From Lingula anatina (lineage: Eukaryota; Animalia; Brachiopoda): a stretch of 64,000 nucleotides of DNA. Below are positions 13,131-26,000 of this stretch, piece by piece. Both the position numbers and the translations under genes were made by a program. The stretch's first letter is position 1, and every line of letters begins with the position of its first letter. The DNA lies in assembly GCA_051362555.1 (NCBI GenBank), contig CM120641.1, positions 1,984,001-2,048,000 on the forward strand. Reading direction: 5' to 3'. The notes under the pieces are model-generated. The model was not told the DNA's origin, made no database searches, and worked only from the letters and a program-made list of their open reading frames with translations.

Positions 13131-16100
13131 CTTGGACTATTAACCCTTAACTCGCCTCCATTAGGAATCAGATAAGAATACATGTATTTTTTAAATCAGA
13201 GATGAAGAACCATCGCAGGAAACAACTGTCATGTCTTTTAGAAGCTTGCTGACTTGGGAGTCTTGTTTTTATGAGTACGCACAGTGATATACTGTCGATT
13301 GCAATCGATTATGGATGCTCAGCAATAGATACGGAACAAATAGAGATTTTAGTGCTGCAGGACAAACAGGAGGTGTTTCGTCCAATAATGGATTTTTTAC
13401 GGAAACACCCACACTGGTGAAAATGCTATTACCATGCAATTTTAGCCATGGTACTCCCACCAAGACTGAAAAATCAAAACCAAAGCAGAACTCACTCTTG
13501 AATGCCAATTTCAAGGAGGTAGTTGGATTCTTGACAGTTTATAGGGGGAATAAAATTCTAGATCATTTTATACCTTCAGATTCAAATTTTCAATTCAGAG
13601 CCAGATCAGGGGTACATCTCATCTTCTTTACAGACCAGAAACATTTTCAACAGGCATTTTCTGCATAAGGAATCTTCACAGATATATCTGGAATATTGGC
13701 ATAGATATAAAGATTCCACCAGCCATCCGGAGAAATGCTAAATTCAGAGCATGAGTCAAGTCTATGTAACCTTTGATTACTGTGAGTTTTCTCTGTAGTA
13801 AAGTATACATGGCTGGCAGGCTGTGAGATCTCAAAGGAGGCCATCCACTCGCCAGGGAGAAAGCTGGCACAGGTGTTGCGGCAATACCAAGATCTTTCTT
13901 CTTGTTCTTCTCCTAGTAATATTATTATAAGTAAAGTGTAGACTTACTCCTATGATAATAGCTAGCTGGGCTGTGTGTGTATCCTCTCACCTCTGGTTTA
14001 TGGTCTTTGTACTGGAACTGCAGTCTCCCTGCCAGCAAGCAAGGTTTGCCACAGGTGTGGGGAGGTGAAAACATACAGCTTGAATCTTTATCTTTGATAT
14101 ATTCCTGGTGATATCAGAGCCTCTTGTGTCTCTTCTTTTCTCCAGTGGAGAGAGAGAGAGGGAGGGGAATTTGGGTGGAATAGAAACATACCCTCCAGCA
14201 GTCTGTTGCCACAGGTGCAAGATCAAAAATCACTCTCTCTTCTGTTTCTTGGTAATTTACTGGATTATGAAAAAACATGTTTGTGTCTTTAACTGAAATA
14301 GCAGCAGAGGATTGCTCTAGTGAAAAAATCCAAGTGTCTGCAGGTGCAACACTGTTTAATGATGTACCTCTACCCCTGACTATTAGAATTAATTATTTTT
14401 CTTGGTATAATAATTTGTGATCAAAGCTCATAGTGAATCCTCCTCAATGGTGTTAGCCTGTCTGTAGTGATACTATGCTATAACCCAGTGTGGCAGTGAT
14501 GTGAAGAGATTACAGGTGCTCTGCTCATCTTAAGTTATGCTGAGATCAGAGGAGACCACACGTCAACAAAGGCAAAGGAGGCAGACACTGATTTTAACAA
14601 CAATCAAAGGATTGAGAGGGGAAGAATGAATCTCGGCTTCATTACACAATATCAACTACAGTCAAGTGACACTCGGCAGCTAAATGGTGCTGCAGTTTTT
14701 TTTTATTTTGTTATTGTAAACCAGTAGGTGACATCTGTCTACCAAGTTGACATTTATGTGACAGTGATGACAGTCAGACTCTGCAGGTGTATCAATTAAC
14801 ACACCTGTGCAGGTAAGGTAACACCTGATCAGGTAAAACAATACCCATGCTACAAAACCAATAGTCTGGGAAGGATTACAGCTGGATCTGTTGTTATTAG
14901 GAACTATGAGGTCGGTAGAGCCAGGAGGCTGTATCTCTAGAGAGATTACTCATTTCAAGAGGCTCTACAACCAGTGCCAAGGAACTTAAGAAAGCACGAG
15001 GACCATAGGAATAACAATAATTGGTACTGGGGATTACTCATTACATTATAGTTGTATTGGAGCTTGGATAAACTTGGGTAAGAAGAACTGCTGAGGAATA
15101 ATTAAAGCTGAGATCTTGGAGAAGACCGGAGACGTGTTCACAATATGAAGGCTGTGATAACAATACCAAGCAGGGGACCCAGGAAGGCACGAGTACAGAA
15201 GGATTAATATCCTGGTCTTTTGGTTTATTCCTAAAACATTACATATTACAGGTATATGTACATGTATGTATTGGAAGACATCAATTAATATGTGTCAGAC
15301 ATTCCTAAAATTAAAAGAAAAATAAACTGACATTGAGTGGTGGTTGTGACTGGATATTTTCAATCTAGCAGGCCAGCAGGGTTAATTTAAGAAGACAGTA
15401 TTGTCTGCTGGGGTCTCTGTTAAGAAAGCACAGTAGCCTGGGAGGAGTAATTATTTGTGAACACTGACACTGCGGGAGCAGGTGGTAGTAGTAGTCTGGC
15501 AGACTGGGCAGGGCGCGGTGGACCTGTACTCCAATCACGTTACATTACAGGGACAGGAAGGGAGAGAGAAAGGACTTGTCTTTTCTGGCTCTTTACGGGA
15601 GTTTTGTAGATGGTGGAAGAATGTTCGGGGAGAGAGGAGCATTTAGAACTCAATAAGGGTGACCTTGATTATCGACTTTACTACAAATCAGTTGAGCCAT
15701 TCAATATGTGTCATAAGAATGAGATAGCTTGAATGGGATTCAGTCGACATCATCAGGTAGACATAATATCAGATCCTGTCTTGTAAACATAGTATCAGGA
15801 GTCTGACATTATTGCACCCAGCGTTTTATTATATTAGAAGGCATTAAAGGAGGAGATATTTATCTATTTCAAAGTATATTGATATATATAAATTTCTGTG
15901 TGTGTGTGCAAGGAACCGTTTCCTAGATGCTCATCTTACATACTACTGGTGCCAGGAATTTTCCAGGATGATATTGCATTTTTATGAGTCATGGAACCTT
16001 GTATAAGATACACAGAGGAAATGTGAGTGAAATTCATCAATGTACACCACAAAGTGGGCTATATGTGGTTTATAGTTTATATTAGTCATATCAGGTATGT

Positions 16101-19100
16101 ATGGTAATATTTGAGGCAATGTTCTTACAGTCTTGTTTTATACCATGAAAATCTTTAAGTAGCATTTAGCTGTTCTTTAGATGCACATTGCCAGTCAAAT
16201 GAGGTGCTTACCACTATTAAAGTCTGCAGTCTGGACAGAGAGCAATTTGATTATACAACAGTTCAGTCAAAGTGCACATCAGTACTGACTTAGACCAGAA
16301 ATTGTCTATCTGACCTCACTATGAGACCAGATTGATTAAATTGGAGACTTAGTATTCTCAGGTACAGCTTGAAATCTCTGCAGATCTTGTGGACATCCTG
16401 TGACATCATTGGTGAGGTCTTTCTTATTCCTGGTATGAATGTATCTCAAGATTGTATACTAACAAGACACCAGCATTTTCATCACAGAACTAGTAATCTG
16501 AACGTGGAAGAATCTCTGCCTTATGTCTTTATACCAAGTTACTGCAGTGTATATTAACAAGATATGTGAGTTTGCAACCTACAAAATCATCCCACATGGC
16601 TGTCTGTCATGACTGGCAAGTGAAGTGTACTGCAGAAAAAGACAACGACTGCTTTGTAACCCTTACTGGCTACAACTGGACCTTGGAGATTGACTTTGAC
16701 AGATTTTGTAGCTTTGACGCTGGAAAATATGACCTGTACTTGTGGTGGCTTGGACAATGGAAGATGAGGAGGATTGAATACCTAACCCAGAAATGGGAAT
16801 ATTTCAAGCTGATGAACTTGTAAATGTCGTCCACAATAGCGGCAGCAGTCTCTTATCTTAACAATGGAGATAAAAGGACTCTTGAAAATTTATACCCATA
16901 GTTAGAAGTGTTGTCATATTGAAGTGGATTGTTGCCCCAGAGAGAAATAGAATAGGACTTCAGACCAGAAAACTGCTAGTGTGGAATATCAGAAGAGAAA
17001 AAGAACATTAGTTATTTGCACAGATATGCTACAGATCACAGGAAGGATTTCTCATAAGGCTACAATCACACGGTTAATATAGAAGTGTTGCCGTGGTAAT
17101 GTTACTGAAAAAACACATGACCAAACATTACTAGGATTGATGAAAGCATCTGAAGTTAAACTATTAGTTCAATGACTCTGTAATGGATCAGTGAGGTATT
17201 TTCCTTATAAGACATAGGTTTGGAAGAGTCAAAAGTTAATTAAGACTTGGGGCCACAGATATTGTCAAGTTATTACACGAGGCCTGGAGGTCTGAACCTG
17301 TGGCCCAGTGATGTGGTGGTATGGACACTGTCCGTGCTCTGTGTTGTGACACCTTTAACACTTAACAAGAAGGCAGTGTGTGTTGACCTACCTATCTAAC
17401 CAGCCTGCTTGCCCAGCTACCAACCTGGCTAATTTAACACCTGAGATTTCAGTTATGACAGCTCTGTGATTAGTACACCTTGAAGTGACCAAGGTGGTAC
17501 TCAGACAGGTCTTATCAACTGTACACATTCAGAGCTCAGATAGCTACCGGGATTAGGAGCCAGTAGACCTACTGGGAGCCGCGCTGGAGGAATAGTTTCT
17601 TGGTTGCTTTCTTGATAGGGCTGTCACTGTTGCAGGTATTGTGCTAAAAGCCAGTAGGTTGAAGGACTTATGAGAAGGTATTCACAAATTTTTGGTTTGT
17701 TTTGTTTCAAATTTTAATTGATGGTATCTTAAACCTGGAAGGATCTCTGAGAGAAAAATTGAATTGATGATTTTCAGTGGAACTACTACCTGTATCTGTT
17801 TGCTGAAAGAAAAACCTTGTCACCTCTTATAGGACTTAAAACTTAGCTGTCTCTAATAGCCATTAGGATTAAGCCTTAGAGAAGAGTTCACAGACAGCTA
17901 AAAGAAAAGTTCATTGGCCAATGGCTATAGGATACAGAAAAAAAAAACTTCCAGACTATTATAAAAGCCTGAGATTTGGCTTCTGAAGGAGCTTGAGATG
18001 TTATTTTTCAGACAAAGAAAGCAATAGCAATAAAAAAAAAAATAATAAGCATGGCGATACCAGTTGGGATTTAGGAGGCCAGACTGTGACTAGAGATATT
18101 TGGATTCCAAGGCTGTTTATAGTTCAACAAAACCTTCGGGAATTTCTGCAGGATTTTTGTCAGTGTATAAGGAGAGAGTTCGATACACCAAGGGATGTGG
18201 CAAAAGAAAGTAGTCTCACTGTATTGAGCATGAGCAGCTGATATTTTGAGTTTGGGACTCTCATCGGAGCAGAAAGATTAGAAAAGATTCTTGAGGTGAA
18301 ATCTCTGAGGAGCCGACAAGGAGATCTGCATGAAAAGAAAGAAAAACATTTGCCTTTTTTTCCCCAAGATTTTTCTTACGGGAATTTATTTTTCTTGCAT
18401 AATGAAGATTTCGTACTGTTTTAAATATAATTTTAATTTTCAATCAAGTTTTTAGAGTGATACATATGAAGCATATTTCTTTTTACTTACAAGTTTTTAA
18501 AATCTATTCCTTTGTATGATTCAGCTGCTGTCGGATTAGTTCTATAACCCCCTGGCAGAGAGAGGCAGAATAATAACTCAAAGTAGAAGCATTTGAATGA
18601 ACTAACTAACAATAACTTTACTCAGAACAAGTGAAGGGACTTTAAACTGACTATGACAGGAACTGGAACATAGAAATCATTATGCTACTTGTCGTCATGC
18701 GGGTAAACTTGTCCTTGTGCTACCCATGAGTTGAGTGTGTGCTGCTGCACTGCCGTACAGAACAGAAAACATGAGAACAGTATTACTGTTATTGTACATG
18801 GTATCATTGGTAGCTCATAGGAACAGTATTACTGGTGATGAGTAGACTGACATTACAATAACACAACATTGCTGTACACGCCCCAAGCACTGATGGCGGG
18901 TAGGAAAAGTGCTAAGGTTGACAATGAGGAAGTGTTGGCACATCTGAGCTATATTACTGCTGTCAGAGTAGTTTCACTATAACTACAAGTGGTAACAATC
19001 CAGTCCTCAAATCTTTTTAATTCAGTGGGAAAATTTTCAAATTATTTATGACGTATCTACCTCATACTTTCTCTGTGTGGGTTTTCCCAGTAAGATGTGA

Positions 19101-19260
19101 ACTGTTCTGTATGTGGACCCTATATACAGGATCTGATTATATTGGAACTGGATTGAAGAAACTTTTTTCTCTTGTAAAAATGGAAGTGATTATTCTACTT
19201 CCTGGTCATTGACAATGTGGAAAGTATAGCCAGGATAGCTGCTTATCTTCACTATAGAAA

Positions 19261-19301
19261 ATGGCACATCAAGACCAGAGATTTGCCAATGACTTGGTGA
19301 C
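19261..19301 (+). CDS. Candidate alternative first coding exon MAHQDQRFANDLV(T)
   Basis: aaaATGG start context, AC|gtaagt donor, phase 2, in frame with exon 36687. Confidence 0.45.
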
Positions 19302-19324
19302 GTAAGTATACTATTATTGCTTTC

Positions 19325-19575
19325 ATGTTGTACTGTAACTGTCATTGTTATTGCTGTTTTCATTTAAGGTGCTGCTACTGTTACTGTTGTATGACAGATG
19401 GTGGTGTGTATTGGCATTACTGCAGTTGTGACTGTTCAATTGTAAAGATGTGGAACATAGTGATATCATTTCACCATTGATAAGCAGTGCAATGTTATTG
19501 CTGATGGTACTGATGATGTAAAATGTTGTGTTGTATGATACTGTATGTTGATAAGACTGATGTTGGGATGCTGTC
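19325..19575. repeat. Degenerate TGT/TGN trinucleotide low-complexity tract
   Basis: Repeating tgt/tgc/tga triplets, which give the S/N/T-rich minus-strand ORF. Confidence 0.7.
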
Positions 19576-22500
19576 ATAATTTGAGGTATGGTTTATGGTC
19601 AGAGTTGATATTTGCTGACAGTTGTAACTGTCATACTCAGATGATTGTGGGGTAATGTTGTGATTCTGGTATACAGACTGCCATATAACTGGAGATACAA
19701 CATTTTCATTGATATTATAACATATTTTCTGGAAGATATAAGCAAGAGGAGAGGGTTAACTGGTGCTCTTTATGGCACTGCAGTTTATTTGTTCAGTTAA
19801 ACTTAATGCAGGCTTTGTGGCTTACCTCTACATAGTTAATTAAGCATTATAAGCATTGGCGTGAAAAATATATATTTCCTGGTCTTAAGTTCTTTACAAA
19901 TTTTATGGCACTAATTTTTTTTATACCAATATTTACTTGCACTAGTATAGACAGGGGGTGATATTGCATGTAGTGATATAACACACCTTTTAATGCATAT
20001 AGTATATACATTGGGAAATCAAGAAGCAATTTGTTTACTTTGAGTATAAATGGGATTATTTAAGGATGTGAGCTGTATAAGAAATCTAGCTTCTGGTAAA
20101 GAATACAAAGTAGGAAGAATAACAGTACAGGTAAGGAGACAGGTGAATACAAGGCAGGTGAAAACAGGTGAGCTTACACTGGAGACTGGTATGTAGGTCA
20201 AAGTGAACTTGATTAAGAGAAATTGGTTGGATTTTTTAATGTCCTTATTTACTCTGATTGAAGTAGGCCTCCTATTATTCCAGCTCTTACCAAAGATGAG
20301 ATGCATAATTCTCTCTCTCTCTCTCTTCCCTCACACACAGTTTGCCATGTGCCATGTATGAATATTATGGTGACCATACTAGTAGTAGACTGAAGTCACA
20401 TCCAAGGCATTTGACACCCAGGGTGTATAGTCTTGCGATATCTAGTGTATTACTGTCTTCATCAACACATTAAACTTCACCTGTCAAATACCAGACGTAA
20501 TTATAGATACAGACATAGATATGGTATTGTTGTGATAAGTTCTACACATTGCAGCATTGTGATTGTTACAAAAGAATCTAAACTTGCATCAGTTCCAGTT
20601 CGTGCTGGTGAATTTTTAACATAACGCAGTATGTTGAAGAAAAAAGAAGTTAAAGATGGCTGCCTAAAGATCTTAATATCCTGTATTAGTGATATCTCTT
20701 CTTGGTAAAAATAAATGAGAAAGAAAAAAGAAAAACACTATATGGCTACACTCACAACCAGTTGATCTTCAGACTAACCAGTCCCCAGATCAAATATGGC
20801 GCTCATTTGATAATGGATTCCCGCCATCCCAGCAGGAGCAGAGCAATTAAATTTTGTCATGCTTTCAAGCGAAGCATGCCATATTTAATCCACAGACTAG
20901 TTAGTCCTTGGATCAACTGGTTATGAATGCGACCTATGATCTGCCTTTATATTTGTAGTCTCAATTACAGACCACAGGTATGATGACAGAGATTGTCCTG
21001 TCAAATTTTGGAGTCACATAATTTCAAGATTTAATGACAATGAAATGTGACCCAGCACTGTGAAAAGTCCACTGTCTTTGTTAAATATAACCCCTTACCA
21101 ACATGTTCAAATGTATGTATATGTAGGTTGATCCTCACATTCAGGTGGGGTTTTAAACTATTTTGTAGACATTTCAGCTTTCTTAAGAATTTTTAATAAT
21201 GTAGTAGGAAATGCCTGCAGATAATGCTGAACAGAATAAAAGGGTGTGGTAGGCGACATTTGATAACTGAACAGCCTAATTCAAAAAGTTGGATAGAATT
21301 TTCAGGATAGATTAGAAATGGGCTAACTTGGAAACATTTTGAATTTGGAGGTGAGACATTTATTAAGTAATAATGAGAATTTAGCAGAGGTTTATGCTTT
21401 CTGAATCCTGAAGTTTAGAATTTTTTTCCAAAAGCGGTAAAAATGGTTCAAAATGCAATTTTCATTATGCACTCTTAAATTAATTCAGTTTTGTTGTTTA
21501 AGAAGCATGGTGCGTAAAAGAAGCCAATTTTAATTAAATTAACCTATGCATATCAGTGGTGAGTCAAAAAGTTTTCTGATTTCAATCAGTCCTCATAAAT
21601 AAGTCCCATCTTTTCCCCACATTTGAGGCTGTTGCATTTTATCATTGGCCAAAATGACCCAGTAATGACTAAAGGAAATAAGAATGACCAGTGGTTTGTG
21701 GGTTGTGACAATTTTGTGATTATTGACCACTTTGTCTTCTATGGACCATATTCATAAAACAAATCGGAGTTCAGATACAATATCACATTTGAAACGAGAT
21801 GTGATTTTGCTCATCAATAAATGTCTTTGTAGTCTTTTATTTTGTTGAGCCTGTGATTTTATCATCCTAATGTTATTTATTGGTCATCCAGTGTTGTGAT
21901 TATTTCTTTGACTCAATCAGGAAAATTGCAGAGCACTTTGAAATAGAAGTTCTGAGAGATCTCCCAATAATGGAGATGGCCCTCAGCCATAGGATATTGA
22001 CCAGCTCCGTCATAAAGAAAACCAGTAATGAGCATAAATTAGTTGTCTGGTCAACACTTAAATGGCCAGTTTGGTATAAATTGTAGTGGACAATGGTCAA
22101 TAATGATATAATCCAGCTATATTGACCAGTAATTCTGGACAGTTCCAGTGAGGAAGGTAATGCTTTTACACTGTTTTCAAGATGATTGCTTTAGCTATCA
22201 AAGATTGATTCTTTGAAAGTACATTATCTCCCGTATAGATTGTCAGTAAGTGAATTTTTATTAATTCAGGTTTATTGTCAGTAGGTGATTCTTTAATAAA
22301 TCAGTCTATGGAGTTTGGCAAAATGTTGTAGTCATGATAGTAGATTAAAAAAATTCAGTACAAAAGTATGCCATCAGTTCTCCTGTGTGTGAGATAATTG
22401 TTCAGTTTTCAGTAATTTGGTTCATCTAATCTTTTGAAGGACAAAGTCATTTGTGGCCATGTCATATACCTTGACCGCAAATGGCCGGGTAGAGAGTCAG

Positions 22501-22881
22501 TCACCTTCCAATTGTCCTATAATTATCACTATTGTTATGAGTACAATGCGGGTAGGGGGGGTTATCACAGGGGTCAGTTATGCAATTATTATTATTTTTG
22601 GACAATACACGGGTGGCTCTGGATAATATCCTCAAAGAATTTTCACAGATACCACTTAAAGTAACACCTTGATGTAGAATGTGGTACACAAAGAATTCTA
22701 ACACATAGTGTATACACTTGTTATGTACACCTTGCCCAGGTGAGCTAATATAACCCCAGGTGTCAGTCATTTTATCAAGTGTCTGGCTGGATTGGGAAAA
22801 TGAGTCGTAGCTCTGTGATCTTTATGGAGTGTTTATTGTTGGGTTTGTGTGTAAAGGGACATGTGTACCTTTATGCCAATA

Positions 22882-23026
22882 TGTGTGTGTGTGTGTGCAT
22901 GCTTTGCACATGTGTGTGTGTGTGCATGGTTTTGTGTTTCATGTTTTTGGTTTGCTCTCGCCTTCAGACTCTTGTGTGCATGCATGTGTGTGTGTGTGTG
23001 TGCGTGCGTGCATGCGTGTGTGTGTG
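22882..23026. repeat. Interrupted (TG)n/(TGCG)n microsatellite
   Basis: Seen directly. Confidence 0.9.
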
Positions 23027-26000
23027 AACACAGCTATTAATGTAGGTTGTTTGCCATAGTTTAGAACATATAAGGTAATGAGAAAAAAAGTAAACTGTAA
23101 ATCTTTTATAAAATCACCCTTTAGGACACTTTGCATATACAGACCATGGTGTAATGTTCTTAGGATAAAATCATTGTTTGAAAATCACAGGAAGTAGATA
23201 CATTTATTCTGGCATTATATATGGGAAATGTTAGCTTGGTATGGTAAATGTTTCATAGAAAGAGTCTCTTTGCATGATGAGCTAAGTCAATTTCAAAATA
23301 TATAGCAGTATAGTGTCTGGGGAAGTATGCTGATATAATAAACTGGATGGATTTAATGAATAATTCTTTTTTATCTTGAGAATAGGGTGAATTGAGCTTT
23401 TTTTTACTGTGTATCTGAATGTTAGAAATTGAGTACTTGTTATAAAGCCAGATTTGTGAATAAATTTTTCAAGTATAATAATTATGAAAGTAGTCTGCTA
23501 GACATTGTGACTTAACAGCCAAGTAAGTCATATCACGTGGAAAAGTTTTATACAAGGTCATTGCTTTTCTTATTCCCACACGTGAGTTTTAAGAAGCGTG
23601 CACGGCTAACAGGTGTTCTCATAAGACAACCCACACGTGAGTCTGCGAGCACTTGTTTAGAAAGAGAAGGAAGGACTATCTGTGTTACAGGCTGATAGTG
23701 ACATACTTTGTGGCCTTGTGTCACGCACATTTGACATGATATGAGATTGCGTGTTAAACTGTGTTTGTGTGTAGATATCAGTTTAATCAGCTGTCATTAT
23801 CAGAACATCTCGTCATGTAAACTAAACATGATATAAGGTTGTGAACTGGCACATGTGTTTCCTCCAGCTGAGCATTGTTAACAATACAAGTGTGACAGAA
23901 ATTACTGTGAATATTAATTAACCTTTAGTGTGGCCTTTAACAACAGACTGTATTGACTTCTCGTTAACTATGGCAATCAACAAAATGATTTTTTATGTAC
24001 AGACACTGCTTAAAGTAACATTTGTAGTGAATGTAAAATCTGATGACACAGGATTCAACACATTCAACACAATCGTCACAATGATTGTCACAAAAAAAAA
24101 AAAAAAATGAAATAATTATCCAACAGAATTCTTCAGAAAATGTGTTCTTCAGAAAATGTCATCTGTTCCTCTTCCCCTAAGCCAGATCCCTTCTCCACCT
24201 CCGCTTTCCACATAACCTTATGAACCCTGACCAGGGATTTGGTGACAGGATCTGGGTCAGGTAACGGCATCCCATCATGTCCCCTCTGATAACTAAACCT
24301 GCAATTGATTCTGGACAAGTTGATAATGAAATTATTGGGACAATATATATGTGTCAGATACAATCCAGCAACACACACTTTGTTATCAGCGTGTCTGGAA
24401 TACCTCTGGGTAGTTGGCTGATAGATTTGGGTTTGATCTACCAGCTGAAGTGACATATTTTGGTGCCCCCTGTCCACCCCGCTGACTGTCTATTGGTTGA
24501 CTGAAAGATATTGTCAACTTGAAGATGGTGCTGGTGATGTCAGAGCCTGTCAGGTACGCAGGGAAATATTTGGCTTATGTTTTTGTTGTGTTGTCTTCTT
24601 GAATACTTCTTGAATAGCATGACTTAATTATCATTATCTCTGGTTTAAACAGGGATGTGATAGTGTTCCTTTGGGAGATTTTCTCCTTTTTGTGGGACAG
24701 AAAGTTTGTTGTATTATTTCTCAAAGCAAGAGAAAAAGCTTGGAAAATTCTGGAGAAGGCTTTATTTCTTTTATAGCAATCTGTTGTTTCACCACAGTTT
24801 ATAGTGCGCATAATACTTCCAACATGACGGGAAAAGTTTGTATTGTTAGATATATATGCTAAAACATTGTACATTCTTATTACCAGTAATGTATCTGAAC
24901 ACAGTTTCTTGTTGTCAAAGATGATGTTTGATGCATGTATCTACTATCAGGATAGCAGGAATACATTATAACTGTATCTTCTCAGGGGTCGATTGAAATG
25001 CTGCTGCTTAGTGTTTGCGGTATTTGCCTTCCTGAAATAGCTTTTGAGATTTACTTAAGTAAACTTCCCTCTTGAATTATACATGCAGTAGACTTAATCA
25101 ATGCTATTTATGGACACAGGGACTGAAAAAGAAATTGAATTTTTTTTTCTTTCTTTGGTTGCTAGGTACCCCAATCACAAATCAACCCGCTGAGCCTCTT
25201 CTCTTTTTCAGTCATTGATCTTTTTTCTTTTCATAATTTTTGAGACCTACAGTCCCCTTTCTCCCTTGTTGTTCAGGGAAGTTTCTTCTTTCTCTCTATC
25301 TCTATTAGAAGCCAGATCTGCCACTAGCAGACCAATATATTGATCTGCAGAGTGGCCGTCAGCTCCTGGACAGCTGTGGTCATGGCGGGAAGTATTCTCT
25401 GTAGAAATAACTGACATATTTAACCGTTCAGCTATTTCACAGGGCTGCCATAGCTTGGCTGGTTATGAACATTGAAACATTTTTTAGTCGACAAGAAGAC
25501 ATTTCTGGGTTGTGACTGGTTATTAAAGAACAATAGCAGAAGAAGTGAGAATGTGAGTGATGTAAATGTATATGGTAAAAAACTTTGTTGAGTTCAAAGG
25601 TGTGTTTGATAAGTTTGTTTTTTTAAAGGATTGAATACCTTTGGCTGAAAAAATTACCCCCCCAGAGGTTTGAATGAATGCCTTTACTTGGTAGATATAT
25701 GAGCAGAATTTAATACTCGAATACTTTTACAGACTGGATTTTTTTATCTTCATAGATATACAAAAGAGAATTGGACTGTATGAATAATCACTTCATTGCT
25801 CACGTGTTTTGTATGTTCATGTGAGACTACTGCTGTGTTGTATTAACCCTATAGACTACTTGTTCTGGTCAATAAAGGTCTCCATCACATCAGCCCTCAG
25901 TTATCTTATCAGAAGATATGATAGATATGATAGTGTAGATTGTGACCAGACAATCTCACCTAACACAATACAGTAGTTCTGGGAGCTATGCCAGTCTGCT

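Larger units (their letters stand above)
9593..13139. mobile_element. Degenerate TIR DNA transposon, Academ-like (TAG...CTA termini, 3-bp TSD TTA)
   Basis: Left end TAGTCCAGGAAATTGGTG and right end CACCAATTTCTTGGACTA are inverted copies. TTA flanks both ends (9590-9592, 13140-13142). Inverted similarity extends several hundred bp inward through subterminal repeats. No intact transposase ORF. Confidence 0.8.

Noticed and set aside
16566-16823. Trp/Cys-rich 85-aa ORF
   Set aside because: Weak donor (CTT|gtaaat) and no recognisable homology.
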